Below are positions 9,314 to 20,596 of a stretch of 64,000 nucleotides of DNA, piece by piece. The translations under genes and the position numbers were made by a program. Source of the DNA: Acidimicrobiia bacterium. Its GTDB lineage: Bacteria > Actinomycetota > Acidimicrobiia > Spongiisociales > ZC4RG35. The DNA lies in the NCBI GenBank assembly GCA_965215185.1, contig OZ244034.1, positions 2,240,001-2,304,000 on the forward strand. The letters run 5' to 3'. The notes under the pieces were generated by a model. That model was not told the origin of the DNA. It searched no databases and saw only the letters and a program-made list of their open reading frames with translations. Each line of letters starts with the position of its first letter. Within the stretch, counting starts at the first letter, position 1.

Positions 9314-10669
9314 TCAAGAGGGAAGCGTCGGTTTCTCCATACTGGGAACCCGCAGGATGAAAGAGGACCCCTCCCCCAGCAAACTCTTCACCGTCACCTT
9401 GCCTCCGTGCCGCTCGACCACGTGTTTGACGATCGCCAAACCCAATCCGGTGCCGCCGGTTCGCCGGGAGCGGGCTACATCCACTCGATAGAACCGCTCG
9501 AAGATCCGACCCAGATCGCGCCCGGGAATTCCCATCCCGGTGTCGGTAACCATCAGGATCGCATCACCGCCCGACACATCCAGTGACACCTCGATTCTCC
9601 CGCCTTCCTCGGTATAGCGAAGGGCGTTGTCACAGAGATTTCGAATGGCCAAACCCAGTTCGGCGGAGGACCCTTTAACCTCCACAGGCGCCGTGTGCAG
9701 CAACAGATCGATGCTCTTGCCCTGGGCGGCTCCCATAAAAGACTCGACCTCGGTCTGCACCACTTCCTCCAGATCGATTTCTTCCGCGCTCGGATCCTGA
9801 CTCTCCAGGCGAGATAGATCCAAGAGATCTGTGATCAATCGGGACATACGCAACCCCGCGGAGGAAATCTGCTCGGCAAACATTCGGCTTGACTCCGGGT
9901 CTCGATCCAAGGCAATCTCCAGTGCCTCGGCGGAGGCGAGAATGGAGGCGAGGGGAGTCTTGAGTTCGTGGGAGGCATCGGTTACAAAGTCGCGTCGCAT
10001 GGTCTCCACCCGCCGCGTTTCGGTTAGATCCAAAATGATGACCAGCGCCCGACCCTTGGTGTCCATGGCAATGGCTCTGACCCCCAAGGTCCGCTGCGGA
10101 TAGCCGCGGGTCATCGTCTCTTCAAAGGGTTCATCGCTTTGTCGGACCTTTCGTACCAAAGCCTCTATCGAACGCAACGCCAGACGACCTGACGGGTCTG
10201 CGACCATGCCCAGCATCTGACGGCAGGCCGAGTTGGAATATGCCACCCGGTTGTCTGCCTCCACCAGCAACACTCCCCCAGGTAAGGCCTCCAGCACCAC
10301 CTCCAATAGCGACCGCTCGCTGAGAAGGGCCTCTTCGCTGCTGCGGAAGCGTTGTCTGGCATCGTGAAGGGATACCGCCAAGCTGTCCAACTCTTCAATG
10401 CCCACCGGGACCGGTGGAGATTCAGGGCCGTCTCCCAAAAGGTCGGATGCCGTCCTGCCCAATCCGATCATGGCGCTGCGGAGCCTGAAAAGCGCCAGAC
10501 CGTAGATGGTCAGAAACACGCCTGCACAGATAATGCCGGCCAGCCACCCCGACAGTTCCAGGATCCCTCCCAGCACCACCCACAGAGCCGCTGACACTCC
10601 CATAGCCAACGCCATCCTCACCACCAGATGGCGAGTCAACCGGTAACACCGACGCCCGCTAGGACGCAC
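9314..10669 (-). CDS. senX3: Phosphate-regulon sensor histidine kinase (SenX3/PhoR-like)
   Basis: Two TM helices, PAS-like region, H-box SHELKTP, DNALRY, G-boxes DTGMGI and GGTGLGL; lies after the response regulator in the pst cluster. Confidence 0.85.
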   Translation of the reverse strand: MRPSGRRCYRLTRHLVVRMALAMGVSAALWVVLGGILELSGWLAGIICAGVFLTIYGLALFRLRSAMIGLGRTASDLLGDGPESPPVPVGIEELDSLAVSLHDARQRFRSSEEALLSERSLLEVVLEALPGGVLLVEADNRVAYSNSACRQMLGMVADPSGRLALRSIEALVRKVRQSDEPFEETMTRGYPQRTLGVRAIAMDTKGRALVIILDLTETRRVETMRRDFVTDASHELKTPLASILASAEALEIALDRDPESSRMFAEQISSAGLRMSRLITDLLDLSRLESQDPSAEEIDLEEVVQTEVESFMGAAQGKSIDLLLHTAPVEVKGSSAELGLAIRNLCDNALRYTEEGGRIEVSLDVSGGDAILMVTDTGMGIPGRDLGRIFERFYRVDVARSRRTGGTGLGLAIVKHVVERHGGKVTVKSLLGEGSSFILRVPSMEKPTLPS

Positions 10670-11372
10670 TTACAAACTTGTAGCCGAGGCCTCGCACGGT
10701 GAGCAGGTAGCAAGGCTTTGAGTAGTCTGCTTCGATCTTGTGACGAAGCCGCTTGACGTGAACGTCCAAGGTTCTGGTGTCGCCATAGAAGGAGACGCCC
10801 CACACCTCATCCAACAACTGTTCCCGGGTAACCAGCCGATCCTTGCGACGCAGCAAAGACTCCAGAAGATCGAACTCCTTGGGTCGCAGAGACACCACCT
10901 CACCTTTGACTCTCACTTCGTGGGCATCCACATCCAACTCCACGGGCCCACCTCGCAGCACCTCGTTGGTGTCGGACATCAAACCCGAACGCGCCGCTCG
11001 GCGTAAGTGGGAACGGACCCGAGCGATCAACTCTCTCATGGAAAACGGCTTGGTTACATAGTCGTCGGCGCCCAATTCCAGACCTGCCACTTTGTCGGCT
11101 TCGGAATCGCGGGCGCTCAAAACGATGATGGGTACATCACAAAACGTCCTGATCTCTCTACACACATCCAGGCCCGAACCGCCGGGAAGCATCACATCCA
11201 GCAACACCAGCGATGGAGGGCGACGCCTCACCAAGGCAAGGGCCTCACGAACGGTATGTGCCACTTCCACCGACATCCCCTCCGTTTGCAGAGCGTAGGA
11301 GACGGATTCGGCGATGGCGGGTTCATCCTCCACCACCAAAATGCGGTGGGTTACCTCAGTTGTCTGAACCAT
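10659..11372 (-). CDS. regX3: OmpR-family response regulator (RegX3-like)
   Basis: REC domain (LLDVMLP, GADDYVTKPF) plus winged helix (GDTRTLDVHVKRLR). Confidence 0.88.
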   Translation of the reverse strand: MVQTTEVTHRILVVEDEPAIAESVSYALQTEGMSVEVAHTVREALALVRRRPPSLVLLDVMLPGGSGLDVCREIRTFCDVPIIVLSARDSEADKVAGLELGADDYVTKPFSMRELIARVRSHLRRAARSGLMSDTNEVLRGGPVELDVDAHEVRVKGEVVSLRPKEFDLLESLLRRKDRLVTREQLLDEVWGVSFYGDTRTLDVHVKRLRHKIEADYSKPCYLLTVRGLGYKFVSAS

Positions 11373-12042
11373 TATCGGGAATGCGCAGGAACTCCTGATG
11401 ATCGCCGGTCATCAGAAAGGCCACCTGCTCTCCGATGTCAACCGCCTGGTCGCCAACCCTCTCCAAGGCGCGGGACACCAAAATCATGCGGGTAGCCCAC
11501 TCCAGAAGTTGTGAGTCATGTCCGCAGGCTACCACATGCTTCCACATCCCTCGGTTCAGAACATCCACCGGAACATCCATGGCAGGCAGCAGGAGACATT
11601 CATCGGCGTCCCGACGGACGAAGGCATCGATGGCAGTGCGGATCATCGGCTTCAGCAAATCGCCCATCTCCTGCACCTTGGCCAAGATGGTCTCCTCCCG
11701 TGGCAGACCGGCGGTGACGCGGGCGATGCGAGCGATGTTGACCGACTGGTCGCCCATCCGCTCCAAAGTGTTGTTGAGTTCCAAGATGGCGGCCATCATT
11801 CGCAGGTCCCTTCCCATGGGCTGCTGGCGAGCCATGATCTGCATCCACCGGGCCCGGATGTCCATGTAGAGACCGTCGACGATGTCATCGGAGGCAATCA
11901 CCTCCGAAACCAGATCCTGATCGGAAGTCACCAGCGCACGGACCGCCATGCCCACCATCGTTTCCACCCGATCGGCCATGCTCAAGGTGGTCTCTTCGAG
12001 ACTCTTGAGAGCAGCGTGGAAAGCGGGGCGCTGATCGGTCAT
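11356..12042 (-). CDS. phoU: Phosphate signalling protein PhoU
   Basis: Two PhoU repeats ([29 protein letters not shown]). Confidence 0.93.
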   Translation of the reverse strand: MTDQRPAFHAALKSLEETTLSMADRVETMVGMAVRALVTSDQDLVSEVIASDDIVDGLYMDIRARWMQIMARQQPMGRDLRMMAAILELNNTLERMGDQSVNIARIARVTAGLPREETILAKVQEMGDLLKPMIRTAIDAFVRRDADECLLLPAMDVPVDVLNRGMWKHVVACGHDSQLLEWATRMILVSRALERVGDQAVDIGEQVAFLMTGDHQEFLRIPDNGSDN

Positions 12043-12902
12043 CCGAACCGTCCTGTGATGTAATCCTCGGTTTCCTTCTTGGAGGGGGCGGTGAAAACCC
12101 GATCGGTCAAGTCGTATTCGACCAGCCGGCCGGTGCGCTGGCCCGTCTCTCCCACATCCACCGAGAAAAACGCCGTGCGGTCGCTGACCCGGGCGGCCTG
12201 TTGCATGTTGTGCGTGACCACCACCAGGGTGTAATGCTCCTTCAACTCCCTCATAAGGGTCTCGATCCGATAAGTGGCGATCGGATCAAGCGCCGAGCAC
12301 GGCTCGTCCATCAGCACCACATCCGGGCTGGTGGCGATGGCGCGGGCAATGCACAGCCTCTGCTGCTGGCCACCACTTAGCTCTAAGGCCGAATTGTGCA
12401 ATTCGTCCTTGACCTCATCCCACAGGGCGGCCTTAACCAGGGTTTCTTCCACCAAATCGTCGAAATTTCCCTTCCAGCCGGCCACCTTCGGGCCGAACAC
12501 GACGTTCTCGTAAACGGACTTGGGGAAGGGGTTGGGCTTTTGAAACACCATCCCGATACGACGACGCACCTCTACCGCGTCCACTGCCGACCCGTATAGG
12601 TCGATCCCGTGGTATCGAACCTTGCCCTCAACCCTCGCTCCGTCGATCAGATCGTTCATCCTGTTCAGACAACGCAGAACCGTGGACTTTCCGCATCCCG
12701 ACGGGCCGATGAGAGCGGTGATCTCGTGTTCAATGATGTCCAGCGAAGTATCCGCCACTGCATGAAAAGCACGGTAGTAAACATTCAAGTCGCTGATCGC
12801 AAAGATGACGGGTGAGCCCACCAAAGTACCTGAACTGGAGGGCGGACCGGGTGAAACCGCACCTTTTACCACAGTGGGCAGCGTTTCCATGAGGGTTGAC
12901 AT
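12039..12902 (-). CDS. pstB: Phosphate ABC transporter ATP-binding protein
   Basis: [36 protein letters not shown]. Confidence 0.97.
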   Translation of the reverse strand: MSTLMETLPTVVKGAVSPGPPSSSGTLVGSPVIFAISDLNVYYRAFHAVADTSLDIIEHEITALIGPSGCGKSTVLRCLNRMNDLIDGARVEGKVRYHGIDLYGSAVDAVEVRRRIGMVFQKPNPFPKSVYENVVFGPKVAGWKGNFDDLVEETLVKAALWDEVKDELHNSALELSGGQQQRLCIARAIATSPDVVLMDEPCSALDPIATYRIETLMRELKEHYTLVVVTHNMQQAARVSDRTAFFSVDVGETGQRTGRLVEYDLTDRVFTAPSKKETEDYITGRFG

Positions 12903-12945
12903 TTCTTCTCCCTGATCAAGAGTCGTCTTGCATCTTTTGTGGCAT

Positions 12946-13914
12946 TCACTTTATTCTGCGTCGTTCCACCGCGTCGCGGGCCAGGATCGTCCCGGTGTTC
13001 ACCACCAGCAAAATTACCAGCAACGCCACGATCGCAGCCGCCGTCAAGGCAACATATTCCTGTTGGGGCTGGCGAGACCAGTTGTAGATAATGATGGGCA
13101 AAGCGGTGTATTTCTCCCCGAAAACCAGTCCGGTTATCGGCGTGCCCTCGGGGGCGGCAAAAAAGGTGGACAGCACGGCGCCCGCCAAGAGCAACGGCGC
13201 CGACTCTCCGAAAGCTCTGGCCAGGGTAAGCACCGAACCGGTGAAAATCGCCGGGGTGGCCACCGGCAACACATGGTGACGGATAGTCTGCCAGGATGTG
13301 GCGCCCACCCCATAGGAGGCCTCGCGAAGGGCCATTGGGACCGCCCGCAACGCTTCCTGGGTGGTGATCACCATTATCGACAGCACCAGCATCGACAGGG
13401 TAAGACCTCCGGCGATCAGGGTCCGCCCGCTGACCTGCCCCACCAGTCCCTCCAAGATCAGCTTCACGAAAACGGTCAACCCCAAAAGGCCGTAGACGAT
13501 AGAGGGAACTCCGGCAAGGTTGCGAACGTTGGCAACCAGTAGGCGGGTGAGTCGGGTATCCCGAGCGTATTCCTCAAGGTAAATGGCGGCAGCCACCCCC
13601 AGCGGGAAAGAAAGCACCACCACGATCAGGGTCAGCATCACCGACCCGAAGATCCCTTGGATGATTCCCGTCTCGGCCGGCCGGGGCGAGAGATCGTTGG
13701 TGATCACCGACCACCCCCGCTCTTGCCAGACCGGCATCGACTTGCTCACCACATCCCACAGCAAAACCACCAGAATCGCCAGGGACGCCAACATGGCAAT
13801 CAGCAGCGTCAGCGCCACCAGGGGATTGATGATGTTGATCTTGCGGCCTTCCAACGCTCTGCGAAGCATCTCCTGGGTAACGGCGGGACCGGAACCTATG
13901 GTGCGAGCAGCCAC
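12946..13914 (-). CDS. pstA: Phosphate ABC transporter permease
   Basis: [30 protein letters not shown]. Confidence 0.95.
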   Translation of the reverse strand: MAARTIGSGPAVTQEMLRRALEGRKINIINPLVALTLLIAMLASLAILVVLLWDVVSKSMPVWQERGWSVITNDLSPRPAETGIIQGIFGSVMLTLIVVVLSFPLGVAAAIYLEEYARDTRLTRLLVANVRNLAGVPSIVYGLLGLTVFVKLILEGLVGQVSGRTLIAGGLTLSMLVLSIMVITTQEALRAVPMALREASYGVGATSWQTIRHHVLPVATPAIFTGSVLTLARAFGESAPLLLAGAVLSTFFAAPEGTPITGLVFGEKYTALPIIIYNWSRQPQQEYVALTAAAIVALLVILLVVNTGTILARDAVERRRIK

Positions 13915-13933
13915 TCTTCCTCCTTCAACAGTT

Positions 13934-14884
13934 CTAGTACTTCTGCCGGAAACGGCGCACCAGCCGCTCGCTTCCGATGTTGAGAACCAGCGTCATCAAA
14001 AACAGCAGGAGACCCACAAAAAAGAGGCTCTGAAAGGCTCCCACTCCCCCGACCACCTGATCGGAACCGATGGCTAGAGAAGCCATGGCGCCGGTCATGG
14101 TCTGACCCCCGTTCAGCGGGTTCAGCTGCAAAAGCGACCCGCCGGTCGCCCCGGCGGCGATCGCCACCACCATCGTCTCTCCGATCGACCGGGACAGACC
14201 CAGTATCAGAGCGGCCACAATCCCGGACAGAGCGGCGGGAAACACCACCCGCAATGAGGTGTGCCACTTCTTGGCGCCCAATCCATAGGAGGCTTCACGA
14301 AGTGCTCGCGGCACCGCCTGCATGGCGTCCTCGGAAACCGACGACACCAGGGGAATTATCAGTATTCCCACCCCGATCCCCGCCGCCATCAGGTTCGACT
14401 GCTGTGTCGTATCCCAAATGTTGCGGAGTAGGTCAGGGGTGATGAAACGAAGCGCGAAATATCCGAGCACCACACTTGGAATCCCGGCCAGAATCTCCAG
14501 GACCGGTTTGAGCACCCGCCTGACTCCAGGCTTGGCGTATTCGCTCAGATACACCGCCGCGCCCAAGCCGAGCGGGGTGGCAACCACCATGGCGATGGCC
14601 GAAACCACCAAGGTATGCCAGATGACGGTTCTCAGATCGAATCGATCCCGACGGGGAAACCACCCATCGGCGAACAGCGAACCCAGACCTTCATCTGCCT
14701 CGGAGGCGATGCTTTGCAAGAAGGCCACCGCCTCCCCAAGCAAGCTGAGCACGATGGTGATGCTCACCAAGATTGTGAAGACGGCGGCCGACAGGAACAC
14801 CCACCTCACGTTGCGCTCCCGGCGCAGCCGCCGGGGATCACCGGACAAATCCAGTTCGCCCTGAATACTGGGCATCTCCTCCAA
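13934..14884 (-). CDS. pstC: Phosphate ABC transporter permease
   Basis: LAGIPSVVLG, SEDAMQAVP, RSIGETMVV. Confidence 0.95.
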   Translation of the reverse strand: MEEMPSIQGELDLSGDPRRLRRERNVRWVFLSAAVFTILVSITIVLSLLGEAVAFLQSIASEADEGLGSLFADGWFPRRDRFDLRTVIWHTLVVSAIAMVVATPLGLGAAVYLSEYAKPGVRRVLKPVLEILAGIPSVVLGYFALRFITPDLLRNIWDTTQQSNLMAAGIGVGILIIPLVSSVSEDAMQAVPRALREASYGLGAKKWHTSLRVVFPAALSGIVAALILGLSRSIGETMVVAIAAGATGGSLLQLNPLNGGQTMTGAMASLAIGSDQVVGGVGAFQSLFFVGLLLFLMTLVLNIGSERLVRRFRQKY

Positions 14885-14914
14885 ACTCTATCTCCTGAAG
14901 TACCGGCCTAAACC

Positions 14915-16003
14915 CTACCCAATGGCGCCCCAGGCGGCCTTGGTCGCGGCGATCTCGTCGTCGGGGAGGGTTACGTAGCCTGCTTCGGCGACCGATGAGA
15001 ATCCATCACCCAGGTAGTGGTCCACGAACGAACCCAACGCCGGGTTGTCGACCATACGGTTCAACGAAACATAAATGAACAGAGGACGAGACAACGGATA
15101 AGACCCGTCAGCGATCGACTGGATGGAGGGTGCCATACAACCGTCGCCATCATCGACCTCGATCGCCTTCAACACATCACTGTTCTCAACAAAGAACGCA
15201 AACCCCACCCAACCAAACGAAGTCGGGTTGGAACTGATGTTGTCCACAATCACATTGTCATTGGCCGAAGCCTGATAGTCAGCGCGGGTCGGCTCATCCT
15301 GACCACGCTCCTCAATGATGTCCTCCAACGCCAACTCAACAAAAGCGTCGAACGTGCCCGACTCCTCACCAGGAGCGGTAATCACCAACGAAGCATCCGG
15401 ATAGGGAGCGCCCGAACCGCCCAAACCGGCCGCAGCCAACTCTCCGGCCAGACCGTTGGCGTCCGACCAGGACTGGAAGCCCTCGGACTCCGGACCCACC
15501 AGCGCATACAAGTCACCGGTGTCCAAGCAATTCACAGCAGTGTTGTCAGGCGACGTCAGAACACTGATACCGTCGAAAGCCACTTTCAACTCGACCCATT
15601 CGACACCAGCCTCAGCGCAAGCATCGATCTCCTTTTGCTTTATGGCCCGGGAAGCGTCCGAGACATCGGTCTCACCAGCACAGAACCTCTGGAAACCATC
15701 ACCCGTACCAGGACCCTCAACCGAAATACCCACACCAGGATTAGCAGCGTTGAACTGCTCCGCCACCAAAGCCGTGATCTGCTCCACCGTCGAAGAACCC
15801 GACACCTCAATCGAACCCGAGAGCTGCGTCGTCGCCTCGGTATTGGCCGTACCGGTATCACCACCGGACGCGGTGGTGGCCGACGTAGTTTCCGCGGCGG
15901 CAGAAGCGCCACCACCGTCGTCTCCTCCACAGGCCGCGGCCGTCAACAGCACCGCAACCAGGACTGCTCCTAAGCGGAGAGCATTTTTCTTAGCTGACTT
16001 CAT
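14915..16003 (-). CDS. pstS: Phosphate-binding lipoprotein
   Basis: Lipobox TAAAC, GSSTV, GPGTGDG, SGTFDAF, YPLSRPLF; ATG at 16003 with AGGAG RBS. Confidence 0.95.
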   Translation of the reverse strand: MKSAKKNALRLGAVLVAVLLTAAACGGDDGGGASAAAETTSATTASGGDTGTANTEATTQLSGSIEVSGSSTVEQITALVAEQFNAANPGVGISVEGPGTGDGFQRFCAGETDVSDASRAIKQKEIDACAEAGVEWVELKVAFDGISVLTSPDNTAVNCLDTGDLYALVGPESEGFQSWSDANGLAGELAAAGLGGSGAPYPDASLVITAPGEESGTFDAFVELALEDIIEERGQDEPTRADYQASANDNVIVDNISSNPTSFGWVGFAFFVENSDVLKAIEVDDGDGCMAPSIQSIADGSYPLSRPLFIYVSLNRMVDNPALGSFVDHYLGDGFSSVAEAGYVTLPDDEIAATKAAWGAIG

Positions 16004-16090
16004 CGGAATTCCGACTCCTGTAATCGCCGAATGCGTTGCGGCCCGCAGGATGTTTGGCGGTTTGCGGGGGCGGGTCAACCCATGGCTTCA

Positions 16091-16146
16091 AAGCTACGGG
16101 AGGTGTGTGAACACAGATCTTCGCTCTTTGTGAACGGAACGTGAAT
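16091..16146 (-). promoter_or_regulatory. PHO-box-like direct repeats and -10 element upstream of pstS
   Basis: GTGAAC at 16107 and 16130 and GTGAAT at 16141 (spacing 23 and 11), matching actinobacterial GTTCAC PHO-box units; TAGCTT -10 at 16091-16096. Confidence 0.7.
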
Positions 16147-16166
16147 TCTTCGGTTATTTCACAGAG

Positions 16167-18235
16167 TCAGAATCGGGCCCGCGCCCTCGCCTCGGCCAAG
16201 GTCTGCAGTTCCAAGTGGGCAACGCGGCCCCGGGTACCCTTCACCTTCGCCCACTGGGCGTCCGGGCCCAACTCCCAGGCCAGGGTGTCGTCGGCCAATA
16301 ACACTTCGAACATCTCGTCAATGCGGAACCGCAGGTCGGGATCTTCAACCGACACCATCACTTCCACCCGAGAGTCGAGGTTGCGGGGCATCATGTCGGC
16401 CGAACCAATGTAATAGACGACCCGGTCCTCCCTGCTTCCGAACCGGTAGACCCGCGAGTGCTCCAGATATTTGCCTACCAGAGAACGGACCCTGATGTTC
16501 TCCGACATTCCTTTGACACCCGGCACCAGGCAACAAATGCCCCGGACCACCAGATCGATCTGCGCTCCAGCGTTCGAAGCCTGATACAAAGCCTCGATCA
16601 TCGCCTTGTCCAGCAGGGAATTCATCTTCATGGTGATCTCTCCCCCCGGACGGGCCTGAGCCTCGATGAGCTTGAGGAAGCGGGGACGGGTGAAGACGGG
16701 AGAGACCAGGAGCTTGCGGTAATTCGGGTGGCGGCTGTATCCGGTCAGGAAGTTGAAGAGAAAGCTCAAGTCGGCGCCCACCTGTTGATCGCAGGTGAAC
16801 AGGCCCAGATCCTCATAGATGCGGGCGGTCTGCTCGTTGTAATTGCCGGTGCCGATATGGGAGTAACGGCGAATCATCCCCTCCTCCTGTCTCACCACCA
16901 GCGTGATCTTGGTGTGGGTCTTCAAGCCCACCACCCCGTAGACGACGTGAACACCGGTTTCCTCCAGTCGCTGTGCCCAGGTGATGTTGCGGTCTTCGTC
17001 AAAGCGGGCCTTCAACTCCACCAGCGCCACCACTTGCTTGCCCCGGGAGGCGGCCTCCATCAGCGCATTCATGATCACCGAGTGGCTGGAGGTGCGATAC
17101 AAGGTCTGCTTGATGGCCAGTACATCCGGATCGACCGCCGCCTGAGCGATGAACTCCTCCGCTGACGTGGCGAAGGACTCGTAGGGATGATGGACCAGGA
17201 TGTCACCCTCCCGCATGACCTCGAAGAAGTCCAGCTTTTCGCTAAGGCGTCCCGCCAGTCGGGGGTGGGTCACCCATGTCCATGGGGCATACAGCAACTC
17301 CGGTCGGGGGAGGGAAGCCAGGAACCCCAGGTCGGCCAGGTTGAGCACGCCGTCCATGACATACACATCGGCCTCGGTGATCTGCAATTCGCGGGTGAGC
17401 AGATCCAACACCTCGGCGGTCATGGATCCTGCCACCTCCAGACGGATCGCCCGGCCGAACCGTCTCCGGGTCAACTCCGATTCGATGGCGGCCAGAAGAT
17501 CCCCGCCGGCGTCCTCCTCAAGTTCGAAGTCGGCGTTGCGAGTCACCCGAAAGAGGTGATAGTCCCGAATCACCATTCCGGGGAACAGTTGCTCGAGGTG
17601 GGCCGCTATCACCTCATCCAGAGGAACGAACCATCCGGGCTGGGACAGGGGGACGAAAGCCGGCAGGATGGGAGGAATCTTGACGCGGGCAAACCGTAAT
17701 ACCTTGCTTTTCTCCTCCTGCACCTGAATCGCGAGGTTGAGCGACAGGCTGGAGATGTGAGGGAAAGGATGAGCGGGATCCACCGCCAAGGGCGTCAATA
17801 CGGGAAAGACGGTGTCGCGGAAGTATTCATGGAGATGGGAGACCGATTCGTCCTCCAACTCAGCGTAGGTCTTCAGCCCTATCCCCGCCTCCGCCAAGGC
17901 CGGCTCCAAGAGGTTCCGGTAGATCTTGGAGGCGCGCAGGTACTGTTCGGAGGTCTCGGCGCTGATGGCGGAGAGTGTCTGGGCGGCCGTGCGGCCGTCG
18001 GGAGTCGTTACCACCACCCCGTGGGCGATCTGTTCCTTGAGCCCCGCCACTCTCACCTGGAAGAATTCGTCCAGGTTGTTAGCCCAGATGGAAAGAAACC
18101 GAACCTTCTCCAGCAGAGGCATCTCTTCCTGTTCGCACAGGGAAAGTACCCGGCTATTGAAATCCAGCCAGGAGAGCGGCGGCGACGGAGCTCACGGTTC
18201 AGAACACGGGGCGAGGTATCGAGCGGCGGCGTCAG
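16167..18235 (-). CDS. ppk1: Polyphosphate kinase 1; 5' end interrupted by a 14-nt insertion (ORF 16167..18122 is otherwise intact)
   Basis: NNLDEFFQVRVAG, PAHPFP, HHPYESF, ELKARFDE, KTHTK, GSADMMPRNLDSRVE. The conserved N-terminal NRELSWLDFNSRVL is split across two frames at 18174-18187. Start codon uncertain (possibly CTG after AAGGGA). Confidence 0.9.
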
Positions 18236-18359
18236 AATGTTTCCCTTTGATTTAAGACAATAGAGCCTAGCCTGCGCGGCGATCCGGCACCATAATAGAG
18301 CCGGGCCCGCGGAGACCCTTTCTGGGTATTGCAATGTCTTTGATATTCTTTGTACTGGT

Positions 18360-20168
18360 ATGAGTGTCTATCAGCCACCCCTCCGTGACATCGACTTTGT
18401 CTTGGAGCATATCGTCGATTTGGAGTCATTCTCCAAGCTCAACGGATATCAACATGCCGATCCGGCCACCGTGAGCTACCTCCTGGAAGAAGCCGGACGC
18501 TTTTTCTCCGAGGTGGTGGCGCCCCTCAATCCGGTTGGTGACGCCGAGGGCTCGATTCTCACCGAGGACGGAACTGTCAGGACACCCAGCGGGTTCTCCG
18601 AGGCGTATCGGCAGTTGGTCGACGCCGGATGGCAGGGCATCTCGCTTGCCGCCGAGTGGGGAGGCGGTGGAATGCCCCTGGCGGTGGGATTTGCGGTTGA
18701 TGAGTTGATGATCTCCTCTAGTCTTGCTTTCTCACTGTGTTCCACTCTCACCGCCGGGACCGTGCACCTGCTGAGCATGCACGGATCCGAGGAGCAGAAG
18801 AGTCAGTACCTGGAAAAATTGATCTCCGGCGAGTGGTCGGGAACCATGAACCTCACCGAGCCCCATGCAGGGTCTGATGTCGGAGCTCTCACTTCCAAGG
18901 CCATCCCACAGCCTGATGGAACCTATCGGATCAGTGGGACCAAGATTTTCATCACCTGGGGTGATCATGACATGGCGGGCAACATCGTTCATACCGTCTT
19001 GGCGCGCATCCCGGGCGCTCCCCCGGGAACCAAGGGCATTTCTCTTTTCGTAGTTCCCAAGCGGATTGTGGGACCTGACGGAGAGCCGGGAGAACTCAAC
19101 GACATCCGCACTGTCTCACTGGAACACAAGCTGGGTATCCACGGCAGCCCCACCTGCATGCTCTCTTATGGGGAAAACGACGGTGCGGTTGGATATTTAG
19201 TGGGGCCCGAACATGGAGGAATGGCCCGTATGTTCACCATGATGAACGCCGCCCGCATTGCGGTGGGACAAGGTGGACTGGCGGTTGCCGAGCGCGCCTA
19301 CCAGAAAGCTTTGGAATTCTCCTGGCAGCGCCGCCAGGGAAGAGCGGTTGGCGCCCCGCCGGGAGAGCAGTCTCTGATCGTTGAGCACCCCGACATTCGC
19401 CGGATGCTGGCCACCATGAGGGCGCAGATCGAAGCGATGAGAGCCCTTCTCTTCTACTGCGTAGCGGCGGCCGACCGCGCTCACCACGCGGAGAGCGAGC
19501 AGGAACGGACCCAAAACGACGAATTGGTGGCGTTGCTCACCCCCATCGCCAAGGCATGGTCCAGTGATCTGGGGGTGGAGATCGCCTCACAGGGCATTCA
19601 GATTCACGGTGGTATGGGATTCGTGGAGGAGACCGGCGCTGCTCAGTTCTTCCGGGATTCCCGAATCAGCCCCATCTATGAGGGAACCAACGGCATTCAG
19701 GCCATTGACCTGGTGATGAGAAAGCTCCCCCTCCGGTCGGGAGCGGTGGTCAAAGAACTCCTGGGTAAGGTGATGGCCACTGCCGCGGAAGCGTCCTCGG
19801 TGGAAGAATTGCGGTCAGCCGGAGAAGAGTTGCAGCGATCGGCGCACAGTCTCGGTCGCTCCAGTATGGCCCTTGGGTCACTGCTGGCCAGGGACTCCTA
19901 TCGCGACGCCCTGGCCGGCGCTTATCCGTACCTGACCATGTTCGGGACAGTGATAGGAGGGTGGCTGATGGTTCGATCGGCCCAGGCCGCCCTACGACGT
20001 ATCGGAACCGCCGGGGCAGACGATGACTGGCTACGCCAAAAGATCACCACCGCCCGCTTTTACTGCCAGCAGATTCTGCCGCAGGCTTCGTCTTTAGAGA
20101 CCGCCGCATCGGCCGGGTCCGATCTGCTTTATGAGCTGGATTTCAGGCCACAAGTGGCTGCCAGTTGA
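18360..20168 (+). CDS. Acyl-CoA dehydrogenase (long, DmdC/FadE5-like)
   Basis: GTMNLTEPHAGSD, GTKIFITWG, QIHGGMGFVEE, IYEGTNGIQA. Confidence 0.93.
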   Translation: MSVYQPPLRDIDFVLEHIVDLESFSKLNGYQHADPATVSYLLEEAGRFFSEVVAPLNPVGDAEGSILTEDGTVRTPSGFSEAYRQLVDAGWQGISLAAEWGGGGMPLAVGFAVDELMISSSLAFSLCSTLTAGTVHLLSMHGSEEQKSQYLEKLISGEWSGTMNLTEPHAGSDVGALTSKAIPQPDGTYRISGTKIFITWGDHDMAGNIVHTVLARIPGAPPGTKGISLFVVPKRIVGPDGEPGELNDIRTVSLEHKLGIHGSPTCMLSYGENDGAVGYLVGPEHGGMARMFTMMNAARIAVGQGGLAVAERAYQKALEFSWQRRQGRAVGAPPGEQSLIVEHPDIRRMLATMRAQIEAMRALLFYCVAAADRAHHAESEQERTQNDELVALLTPIAKAWSSDLGVEIASQGIQIHGGMGFVEETGAAQFFRDSRISPIYEGTNGIQAIDLVMRKLPLRSGAVVKELLGKVMATAAEASSVEELRSAGEELQRSAHSLGRSSMALGSLLARDSYRDALAGAYPYLTMFGTVIGGWLMVRSAQAALRRIGTAGADDDWLRQKITTARFYCQQILPQASSLETAASAGSDLLYELDFRPQVAAS

Positions 20169-20190
20169 CGGCTTGATGGATAGACAAGCC

Positions 20191-20571
20191 ATGCGACCGG
20201 TTCACTTCGAATGTCAAAGTCCTGACCCGGCATCCAGCCGGGAGTTCTTTTCAAGGGTCTTGGGCTGGCAATTCCAACAGTGGAATGACTTTCCCTATTG
20301 GCTGGCCACCACCGGCCCCGATGAGCAACCCGGAATCCACGGAGCCCTGATGCCCTCGCCCGACGGAGAGCCCCGAACCGTGATCACCGTGGATGTGCCA
20401 GACGTAGCCGACGCCCTGGAAAGGGTCTCCGAAGCCGGCGGGGAGATGGTGTTGCCCATCCAAGACATACCCGAGGTGGGAAAGGTCGCCTATTCCCGCG
20501 ACCCCCAGGGAATTGTCTTCGGTCTCTTTCAAACCGCCGACTCCACCCATAGCGAGGAAGTGACATCGTGA
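20191..20571 (+). CDS. VOC/glyoxalase family protein
   Basis: RPVHFE...FFSRVLGW...DPQGIVFGLFQ. Confidence 0.85.
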   Translation: MRPVHFECQSPDPASSREFFSRVLGWQFQQWNDFPYWLATTGPDEQPGIHGALMPSPDGEPRTVITVDVPDVADALERVSEAGGEMVLPIQDIPEVGKVAYSRDPQGIVFGLFQTADSTHSEEVTS

Positions 20572-20596
20572 CGCATCTTCCCGACCCAGGAAACCT

